From Chloropicon primus (taxonomy: Eukaryota): a stretch of DNA of 64,000 nt. The stretch lies in the NCBI GenBank assembly GCA_023205875.1, contig CP060772.1:186001-250000 (forward strand), written 5' to 3'. The notes under the pieces were generated by a model, which was not told the DNA's origin, made no database searches, and worked only from the letters and a program-made list of their open reading frames with translations. A program made the position numbers and the translations under genes. Of this stretch, positions 1 to 8,348 are shown piece after piece; within the stretch, counting starts at the first letter, position 1, and each line of letters starts with the position of its first letter.

Positions 1-226
1 TCACACCCTTGCGATGATGATGATGATGATGAAGAGTTGGTGTCCTATAATACAACAAGAGTCCTTCTCTCTCCCTCTCCCTCCCCCTCTCCCTCTCTGT
101 GTGTGTGGCCTGTGCTTATTATTTTAGTAGTGGTACAAAAAAACTTGGACAAAAACCTAAACCTTGCCCTGCCCAGCCTCCTCCTTCCCTAAAACACACT
201 CTTCCCTTTCCCCTCGCTCCGCTCCT

Positions 227-1993
227 CTAGTTGCGGGAGTATTGGGCGAACAGCAGGGGCTCCAGCATGCCTTGCAACTGGATCAGCTCCTCCTGGGCTT
301 TCATCTCGCTGTGGACTCTCTCGTACAACTGCATGACTTTGGTGTCGAACTCGTTCGAGATGCCAACGACCTGAGTGTACAGGTCGAAGAGAGCGTGGGC
401 GATGGGAACGCTCACTTTCATGGTGCGGGGATCGGCGACGTACTTGCAGAGGCACTTCATGATGGGCTGCAGGCTCGAGGCGTTCCTCTGGGAGAGGGCC
501 GACTGGAGGGCGTGGCCATCGCCGCCCTGGGCGCAGAGCTGCTCCAGCACGGCGAGGACTATGCTGGGGTCCCGCGTCTGGAGCGACTGGTCCAAAGCTT
601 CCCTGTACCTGAACTTCTTCAGGCTCTTGTCAAAGGGCTTGAGGTTGACCTTCTTCGGCTTGCTTGCCACGGCAATCGAAGTGTCGTTCACCTGGTCCTC
701 GCTCAGCTTGTAGTTCTGGCCTCTCAGAAAGTACCTGTAAGAATTCGCCGTCAGCATGTTTCTCCACCTCGGCCTCCTGCCTTGCCCGTCCGAGGAGCTC
801 CTCAGGAGGTGATGCTCGGCCAGCTCCCCCGGGGTCTCGCCCCCCGCGCCGTAGTGCGAAGGCCGCTTCTTCTTCGGCCTCGATCTCACGGCAAGCACGC
901 CGTTGGCCATCCCAACCGCAAGCTGGTTCGCGCCCGGAGTGCAGTCGAAAGACAGAACTGGGTTTGGATACTTGGTGGAGTGCACGAGGCCAAAGGTATC
1001 CAGCTCGTACACCTTGACGTGGCCGTCGACCGATCCAGTCAGCAACCTCGGCCCGGACTTCCAGCTCCTCCTTTCCGCTCCCCCCTCCTCCCCCTCCTCC
1101 TCCTCCCGCGTCTCCCGGTGGATCATCACGTGTCTCACTGTCGTCACCGTCTTCTGGTGGCTGTCCAAGGACGCCATGAGCTTGCCGCTGAGGATGTCCC
1201 ACATCCTCACCTTGGTGGACCCGCAAGAGACGGCCATGGTCCCGGACGGAAGGATGAGAACGTCCTCCACCGGCGATTCCGAGGCGTGGACCCAAGAGCG
1301 GACAGGATCCTTCGTCCTCGCATCCCAAAGGAAGCACCTGTGATCGTACCCCCCCGTCAGGAATATGTTCGGATCCCCCCTTGAGGTGCTCACGCTCCTG
1401 CAGTAATCCGAGTGCCCCCCAAAGGTGGCCACCTGGTCACCCAGAGTGATGTCCCAATACTTCACGAGAGCGTCGTCGCCACCCGTCACGAGGTGCGTGT
1501 TATTCCCGCCCCCCATGAACCTCACGCTCTGCACAGGCTTCCCGTTCTGAGAGTGGTGGAGCTGCCTGAGGACATCCCTCGACTTGTCGACCGAAAACAG
1601 CTGGACCACGCCAGTGTCGCTCCCTGCCGCCACCATACGCCCGTCTCTCCGAAAGGTCCCGCCATACGCCGTCGAGGAGAACCGTGTGAACTGCTTCTTC
1701 AACCTCTGCGTGTAATAGTCGTAGAGCAGCAGCCGGGTCGCACATGTCACCAGGAGGTCCCTCTTTGAAGTGAATACCCCGTGCCCACCGCCGTGACTCG
1801 CGCCAGAGCCGTCGTCGTCGTCCTCAAAAGGTATCGGTTGATACTCGCAGTGAGACACAACGCCGTGCTGCTGGATCAGCTGAGGTTGTTGCAGTTTCCT
1901 CCACCATTTCGTTTCAGGGCTCAATGTAGACGACCGGGAGGGCAAGGCATTGACCTTGACCTTCTCGTAGTCGCCCAAACTCGTTGCAGCCAT
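227..1993 (-). CDS. UTP15: U3 snoRNA-associated protein 15 (WD40 + UTP15 C-terminal domain)
   Basis: 588-aa ORF; WD40 repeats (GHSDYCRS, SHQKTVT, GSVDGHVKVY), 'FTRFSSTAYGGTFRRDGRM' and C-terminal 'FDKSLKKFRYREALD...LQGMLE' typical of UTP15. Confidence 0.92.
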   Translation of the reverse strand: MAATSLGDYEKVKVNALPSRSSTLSPETKWWRKLQQPQLIQQHGVVSHCEYQPIPFEDDDDGSGASHGGGHGVFTSKRDLLVTCATRLLLYDYYTQRLKKQFTRFSSTAYGGTFRRDGRMVAAGSDTGVVQLFSVDKSRDVLRQLHHSQNGKPVQSVRFMGGGNNTHLVTGGDDALVKYWDITLGDQVATFGGHSDYCRSVSTSRGDPNIFLTGGYDHRCFLWDARTKDPVRSWVHASESPVEDVLILPSGTMAVSCGSTKVRMWDILSGKLMASLDSHQKTVTTVRHVMIHRETREEEEGEEGGAERRSWKSGPRLLTGSVDGHVKVYELDTFGLVHSTKYPNPVLSFDCTPGANQLAVGMANGVLAVRSRPKKKRPSHYGAGGETPGELAEHHLLRSSSDGQGRRPRWRNMLTANSYRYFLRGQNYKLSEDQVNDTSIAVASKPKKVNLKPFDKSLKKFRYREALDQSLQTRDPSIVLAVLEQLCAQGGDGHALQSALSQRNASSLQPIMKCLCKYVADPRTMKVSVPIAHALFDLYTQVVGISNEFDTKVMQLYERVHSEMKAQEELIQLQGMLEPLLFAQYSRN

Positions 1994-2555
1994 TTGGGTC
2001 CAAAACTCGGATGGACAAAAACTTCTCCTTCAGTCAAACCGCAACACCTAAAACGGGTCAAAACCCTTCGAACGACCACTCGTTCGAAAGAGGAAGAGAT
2101 GAACTTTCCTTCTGTGGCTTCTACTCCCTCTTCAAACGCTTTACTCGACCTCTGTGTCCTGTCTAACACGTCCCTCTCGGAGAAAAATCTGACCCAAAAA
2201 ACTTTCTTTTCGTCACCAAATCCTCTCCAGTGGACCAAATCTTTCGTTCAAGGGGTCAAACGAAAGATCACGACGCGTAATTTGTCTCTACGCATCCACT
2301 TTTGTCCCTCTTGACCTTCCTCGTCCCGCTTTTCCCCTCGAAGGCGCACCTCAATCGCTTGCTCCTCGAGCCAGAGCCGCCACAGAGAGAGAGAAAACTG
2401 AAAATCTGTGGCGGCGACGCTTTCGATGGAGTGTGTGAACTTTAGGACGACATCTCGGACAAAGTAATGAGTTTGAGGAGATTGTGAAGACACGAACCTG
2501 AAGAGAAACTCGTGTTCTCTCGATAGAGCCAAACCTGAGTCAAAACGGATCACTA

Positions 2556-5500
2556 ATGGCTTCAAACGACTCGAGAATGGTTTCATTAGGGAAGCCTAGC
2601 ACCTCGTCGATGCCCAGCATAGTTCAGGAGGATGAGAAGACGGCAATCTTCGAGGCGTATAGGGCCATCGGTAGCATCACTGGTGAAGTTGAGTTCAATG
2701 TTCACCACCGTGGTCGCGTCGGTTACGTCACGACTGTCGTGGGAAGGACGTGGCACTTGTATACTCTGGCCAAGCTTCAGCTCAAGCTGGTGGGTCCAGA
2801 CCATCCAGGGATGATCACAAAAGTTGTGAATTGTGGTGACTTGACGATCTGTAGTGTCGGTGATGCGATCTGCTTGTCCAAGAGGGCTCACTTGATGCAA
2901 ACATTGAAGGAGGATGACAATGGGAAGAGTCTGGGGAACGTTGTGGATATGGTGCTGGTGGGAGACGCTCTGCTGAGTCTGCACTCCTCTTCCTCCTCCT
3001 CTTCTTCCTCCTCCTCTTCTTCTTCCTCCTCCTGCTGCTCCAAGGGGTCACTGATAAGGTGGAGGATCACGAGGAGGAAGAGGAGCAAGGGGATGGAGAT
3101 GGATGACGATGAGGAGGAGGAGGTGGGAGACAGGCTGGTGCAGGAGGACGTGATCGAGTTGGAGCCGGGGTTCGTGCCGAGCTGCTTGTGTCACCCGCCC
3201 GCGTACCTGAATAAGGTTGTGATCGGGTCGAAGACCGATGGAAGGGCCCAGCTGTGGAACGTCATGACAAAGAAGTGCATCTATACCTTTGACTTTGCCA
3301 AGGGAAAGGAGAAGGAGGTGGACGAGGAGGGGGAAGAGATCGCCGGCGTGACCGCCCTGGTCGTGAGTCCTGCTCTGGACGTCGTCGCTGTGGTCTTGGC
3401 GACCAACGAGATCATTCTGCACAACTTGAAGTTCGACGAGACCGTGACGGACTTCAAGCTGAACCAGACTCAAAAGAGGGTGGTAAGCGCGGTGAGCTTC
3501 AGCACGGGAATGGGGCTGCCGCTCATGGCTGTGGGGACCACCAGCGGAGCGATTTTGATCTTTGATCTGGAGAAGAAGCACCTTCACTGCGTCATGGGGA
3601 TGGGTGACGGGGGTTCTGACGTGCTGAGCCACTCGCAGAGGGTGGTTTCTCTGCACTTCCTTAGCAACAAGCCGATACTCATGTCGAGCAGCGAAGACAA
3701 CTCGTTGAAGCAGTGGGCTTTCAACGACCACTCCCTCGACAGCCAGCCGACCCTGCTTCGCTTCAGGCAAGGTCATTCCATGCCCCCGACGCTGGTGAGG
3801 CACTACGACAGAAGTGGAGGTGACTCGTACCAGCAGAGCAGCGACAGCATTGGCGGATTGAAGCTCCTGTCCTGTTCCTTGGACAAAACGTTCAGGGTTT
3901 TCTCTGCCCACAAGGATGACCAGAGTTTCGAGATGTCACAGAGAAACGTCGCTCGGAGGACCAAGAGGATCAAGCTGAGTGACTCGAGCGAGCTCAAGCT
4001 TGGCGCTGTTCGTGATCTGGCGTTCAACTCGTTGAGAGAGAACGAGTGGTGCAATGTGGTGACGGCTCACGAAGGCGAAACTTGCGCTTACACGTGGAGG
4101 CTGGGAAAGCAAGCCCTTGGAGAGTTCACCCTCCAGCCCCCTCTTTCGGAGTACATCCCATTCATGAAGCAGGACCAGAAGGGCCTTGGAGTGCAGAGGG
4201 CCATCGAGACCCACACGGATGCCCAGCATCTGATGAAGAAGCACTTGCTGTCTCCTGTGAGCTCGGTCGCCATGAGCAGCTGTGGCCACTATGCCATGGT
4301 TGGGTGCGAGAATGGAAGGATGGACAGGTACAACCTGCAGTCTGGGTTCCACAGAGGAAGCTTCTACCGCTACGATGCGAAGAACAGGATCATGCTGGCC
4401 CACAAGGCACGTGTCACGGGCATCCAGTGCGATGCCTTCAACAAGGAGATTTACAGCGCTGGCCTGGACAACGTTTTGAGGATCTGGGCGTTCAGCGCCG
4501 TTCACAAGCATGGCAAGAACAGGGGCAGCAAGAGGATGGGGGACTTGCTGATGCACGAGGAGCCCTTGAGCGGGCCCGTTGTGAAGCTGATGAACCACAA
4601 GCACAGTTCCATGCTGGGCTTCATCATTTCAGGATCCGTAAACGTGGAAGGAGATGCGGCGAGCGGAGGCAGGGTTGAGTCCGCGCCTGAGATTTGCATT
4701 TACGACACTTGGGCCAAGAGAGTGGTGCGAAGATTCAACGGCGGGAAGAAGACCGCCCAACTGGTGCACAAGCCTGGCACCGTCCTCAACGACTTGTGCT
4801 TCTCCCAAGACGGCAAGTGGCTCGTAACTTGCGGATCGGACAGACTGATCGTGATTTGGGATATTCCTGGGTCTCAAGTCTTGCAAGTGATGCAGGTGCC
4901 AGACGGGTCTGCCTGCGTGAGCTTGAGCTTGAGCCCTGGGAAGACGATGCTCGCCACGGCTCACGAGGACTGCAAGGGAATTTACCTGTGGACAAACATC
5001 CTGGTGAGCCGCCCGGGATCGAATTTGACGCTCAGCCACTCCACCAAGGCTGTTCTCGTCGACTTGCCTCTCCTCAACCCCCAGGTCGTTGACATCTCCA
5101 TGGATGTGGACGAGGAGGCGGATCCAGAGGACGTTTTGGATGTTCACATGGACGTCAGCCTGGGAGGAAATGCCTCAATGGGTCTGGTCACACTCTCTTC
5201 GCTGCCAAGAAGCTTTTGGCATGGACTCATGTACCAGGATGAGATCAAGGCGAGGAACAAGCCCAAAGAAGCTCCGAAGAAGCCGGAACACGCGCCGTTC
5301 TTCCTCCCCACTGTGAGCGGCCTGCACTCTCAGCCCGTCTTCGATGCAGAAGCGAAAATTCCGGGTTGGGACGACGGCGGCAGCGATGAGGAGGACGAGG
5401 AGGGCTCCTCCCGCATCATGAAGGGCCAGGAACTGGGGATGCACACCAAATTCCTCAAGGCCCTGGAGAGCGACGACGGCGAAGCGATGACTCACTTGAA

Positions 5501-5789
5501 GTCCATGTCTCCCGGGCAAATTTACACGGAGATCTACGCCTTTGACCACAAAGCCTTGCTCCTCGCTCTCACCTTCTGCACCAACCAGATCAAGAAGAAG
5601 ACGGACTTTGAGGTGACCCAGGCCCTCGTCAACGTCATCTTGAAGGTTCACATGTCAGAGATCTTGGAAAGCGAGGACCTCTCCCGTGCCGCTAGCGAGA
5701 TGAGGAAGGCTTTGGCAGACACTTGGGTCACTGTGGAGGAAAGATTGGAGCGGGTCAGCTGCCTCCTTAACTTTTTCATGAACTTTTGA
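2556..5789 (+). CDS. UTP21: U3 snoRNA-associated protein 21 / WDR36
   Basis: 1077-aa ORF; HPPAYLNKVVIG, LLRFRQGHSMPP, YNLQSGFHRG, IKARNKPKEAPKKPEHAPFFLPT motifs of Utp21/WDR36. Confidence 0.93.
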   Translation: MASNDSRMVSLGKPSTSSMPSIVQEDEKTAIFEAYRAIGSITGEVEFNVHHRGRVGYVTTVVGRTWHLYTLAKLQLKLVGPDHPGMITKVVNCGDLTICSVGDAICLSKRAHLMQTLKEDDNGKSLGNVVDMVLVGDALLSLHSSSSSSSSSSSSSSSSCCSKGSLIRWRITRRKRSKGMEMDDDEEEEVGDRLVQEDVIELEPGFVPSCLCHPPAYLNKVVIGSKTDGRAQLWNVMTKKCIYTFDFAKGKEKEVDEEGEEIAGVTALVVSPALDVVAVVLATNEIILHNLKFDETVTDFKLNQTQKRVVSAVSFSTGMGLPLMAVGTTSGAILIFDLEKKHLHCVMGMGDGGSDVLSHSQRVVSLHFLSNKPILMSSSEDNSLKQWAFNDHSLDSQPTLLRFRQGHSMPPTLVRHYDRSGGDSYQQSSDSIGGLKLLSCSLDKTFRVFSAHKDDQSFEMSQRNVARRTKRIKLSDSSELKLGAVRDLAFNSLRENEWCNVVTAHEGETCAYTWRLGKQALGEFTLQPPLSEYIPFMKQDQKGLGVQRAIETHTDAQHLMKKHLLSPVSSVAMSSCGHYAMVGCENGRMDRYNLQSGFHRGSFYRYDAKNRIMLAHKARVTGIQCDAFNKEIYSAGLDNVLRIWAFSAVHKHGKNRGSKRMGDLLMHEEPLSGPVVKLMNHKHSSMLGFIISGSVNVEGDAASGGRVESAPEICIYDTWAKRVVRRFNGGKKTAQLVHKPGTVLNDLCFSQDGKWLVTCGSDRLIVIWDIPGSQVLQVMQVPDGSACVSLSLSPGKTMLATAHEDCKGIYLWTNILVSRPGSNLTLSHSTKAVLVDLPLLNPQVVDISMDVDEEADPEDVLDVHMDVSLGGNASMGLVTLSSLPRSFWHGLMYQDEIKARNKPKEAPKKPEHAPFFLPTVSGLHSQPVFDAEAKIPGWDDGGSDEEDEEGSSRIMKGQELGMHTKFLKALESDDGEAMTHLKSMSPGQIYTEIYAFDHKALLLALTFCTNQIKKKTDFEVTQALVNVILKVHMSEILESEDLSRAASEMRKALADTWVTVEERLERVSCLLNFFMNF

Positions 5790-5877
5790 TCCAGGAACGA
5801 ACTTTGAAAGGAAACTATGAATATTGTTGTCACGAAAATAAGTGCAGGTTACACATTCGGAAGAAGAGCGAATCCTC

Positions 5878-7413
5878 TCACAGTCCAAAGGGGTCCTCGG
5901 TGTCCCCAGTGTCATAGGAAGTGGGCCTCGCGTCGTAGTCCATGTTGTCCTCGTTGTCCGTGGCGTCGTCCGAGATGTAGAGCGTGTCGTCGTCGTAAGA
6001 CTCTTCTCCCTCTCCCCGGTTCATCTGGGAGAAGGGATCGACGGAACCGCTGGAGTCAGCGCTGGAGATCTGGTCCAGGTTGTTGGAAACCAAGTCGATG
6101 TCAGCGTCATCATCCACGTCATCCACCCCATCTATCTCGACTTCAGACGCGCCCGCCTTTGCGGCCTTCCCCTTGCCCCTCCCCTTGCCCTTCCCTTTCT
6201 TCTCCTCGAGCTTGCCGGTCGCCATGCCCATCTCGACTGCCGCCGCGGCGTCGTCCGAGGACGAAGTGTCCTCCCCCTTCCCGTAGAGCTCTCCGGGCCA
6301 CTTGAGTCGCCCCAGGGCCTCCAGCTCGAACAAGACTGGATCGTGGTTCGAAAAGTTCTTCTCGTTCCCATGGAAAACCACCTGGCTGTGCTCCGGACAG
6401 TAGTTATTGAAGACTCCTTGCAAGTTCAGCTCGTGCTCTATCGGCCTGACAGTCTCCCTGTAGTCCACGACCTCGTCCATCCCCAAGGTGTACATCTGGA
6501 CGTGGGTCGTCCCCTGAAGCTCCAAGACTTCTTCGCAGGTTGGGGTCTGCCCGTGCCTCGTGACCGTGTCCCAAATCTCCTTCTCCGTGTAATTGTGCCT
6601 CTTCCAACCTCTCAGCTCGCTGTACTGAATCCTGTCATCCAAGGCCGAGTTGTCCAAGAACTGCGTCTCTTGCTCCACGTACTTTCTCGTGTTGCCGAGA
6701 TCCTCCTGGATGCTCACCTGCTTCTTCTTCTCCTTCCACGCCTTGACCTTGCGCTCGAACGCTTGCACGACAGGGTTGTTCATGTACTCCTCGACCTTGC
6801 TCGGGTTCCTTCTGTACTCGCGCCAGTTGTGAGGCGCGGGCTCAGGGCTGTCGATGGCGGGAGCGACGTAGTACCTCTTCACCGTCGACGGGGAGAACGC
6901 CCTCTGCTTCTTCTCATTCCCGTACGCTTCCTCCTGCTTGCTCACCCTGCACAAGAACTTTTCCAAGAACTCCGCGTACCAGACCTCATCGTCCGTCAAG
7001 TCCCTCTCCACCAGGGCCTTCTCCCTCGCCAGGGCCTTCTCCCTCGCCGCCTCGGCCGCAACCAACCTCGCCCTCTCGTCCTCCACCTCCTCTTCCTCCT
7101 CTGAGCCAGTCACCTCCCCGTCGTCCTCCACCACCATCACCTCCTCCTCAATCAGCTGCCTCCTCCTCGCAAGCTCCGCGTGCCTCGCCCACTTCACCCT
7201 CAACCTCTCCATCTCTCCAGCTCGGTCCACTCCGTCCGATGCCTCCACAGCAAACGCAACGAACGTCTTCCTCGACCCTTCCCCTCCCCTGGACCGAATC
7301 GTAACGCCTGGGCACCACCTAGAACCCGAACCCGTAACGTAACGCACGCCGCAAACTCGGGATGCCTCCCGGGAGACACATGGTCCACCCCTCGCTGGAC
7401 AGAACGCCGCCAT
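5878..7413 (-). CDS. Uncharacterised protein, probable plastid transit peptide, acidic C-terminus
   Basis: 511-aa ATG ORF; Arg/Ser/Ala/Cys-rich N-terminus with few acidic residues; coiled-coil segment; no family recognised. Confidence 0.75.
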   Translation of the reverse strand: MAAFCPARGGPCVSREASRVCGVRYVTGSGSRWCPGVTIRSRGGEGSRKTFVAFAVEASDGVDRAGEMERLRVKWARHAELARRRQLIEEEVMVVEDDGEVTGSEEEEEVEDERARLVAAEAAREKALAREKALVERDLTDDEVWYAEFLEKFLCRVSKQEEAYGNEKKQRAFSPSTVKRYYVAPAIDSPEPAPHNWREYRRNPSKVEEYMNNPVVQAFERKVKAWKEKKKQVSIQEDLGNTRKYVEQETQFLDNSALDDRIQYSELRGWKRHNYTEKEIWDTVTRHGQTPTCEEVLELQGTTHVQMYTLGMDEVVDYRETVRPIEHELNLQGVFNNYCPEHSQVVFHGNEKNFSNHDPVLFELEALGRLKWPGELYGKGEDTSSSDDAAAAVEMGMATGKLEEKKGKGKGRGKGKAAKAGASEVEIDGVDDVDDDADIDLVSNNLDQISSADSSGSVDPFSQMNRGEGEESYDDDTLYISDDATDNEDNMDYDARPTSYDTGDTEDPFGL

Positions 7414-7465
7414 GGAGACTGGCTCGAATTCGAACGAAACGAAGCAAGCTTAGTGCTCCAGAATT

Positions 7466-8124
7466 CAAACCAAACAAGCGACCACTCAATCAAAAGATCG
7501 TGAGTCAACGCTTCGTATCACACCCTCGTCTTCTCCTCTCTTTGCTGTCCTCGCCGTCACCGTCCTCGACAAGGCAGGCCTCTCGGGTGTTTTCTGCTTC
7601 AAATCCTGAAACACTCGAGTCTAATCGATCACTCTGGGCACCAAATGGGTCGATGAAGGTATCGACGGAAAGCTCGTGAGAAGATCTTTCGTATGATTCC
7701 TTCGTCTCTCGCCCTCGTTGCGGTTCTCGTCCTCTCCTTGTCGCTTCAATCGTCGCCTCCGTCCGATTCCGAAAGTGGATAAGGAGAGGACTTTTTGAGG
7801 CTGCCCTTCTCTGAGTGGAGAGGAGCGAGAGCATCAGAGGGGAAATCGGGGACGAAGGCGTCGGATCAAGGAGAGGCGTGAAAGAACAAGAAACCCTACG
7901 AAAGATCTTCTCACGAGCTTTCCGTCGATACCTTCATCGACCCATTTGGTGCTCGGAGTGATCGATTAGACTCGAGTGTTTCAGGATTTGAAGCAGAAAA
8001 CACCTGAGAGGCCTGCCTTGTCGAGGACGGTGACGGCGAGGACAGCAAAGAGAGGAGAAGACGAGGGTGTGATACGAAGCGTTGACTCACGATCTTTTGA
8101 TTGAGTGGTCGCTTGCTTGGTTTG
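7466..8124. repeat. Long inverted repeat: arms 7466-7693 and 7897-8124, 203-bp spacer
   Basis: Arms are reverse complements with about 4 mismatches counted by eye. Confidence 0.93.
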
Positions 8125-8348
8125 GCGTCGGAAGGACGTCTTGAGATTGAATTGCGGTGGTGGAGTGAGAGGGAGAGATTGAGGAGGAGAGGGGGCGACT
8201 GGAGTGGAGGGGGTGGCGTGAGAGGAGGAGTGGAGCATATCAGTGGAAAGGTTTTCTCATGAGTGTTTTGATTGTGTCTTCACTCGCTTGATGCATCTCG
8301 CTTGCATTTGGTTTCTTTGTGGAAGGAGGGGATAAAGAGATACAGGTC

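Noticed and set aside
164..1384. 406-aa + strand ORF (and 5842-7104, 9780-11147, 34000-35364)
   Set aside because: Antisense to better-supported genes
2985..3032. (TCC/TCT)n tract inside UTP21
   Set aside because: Ordinary in-frame poly-Ser microsatellite typical of this genome
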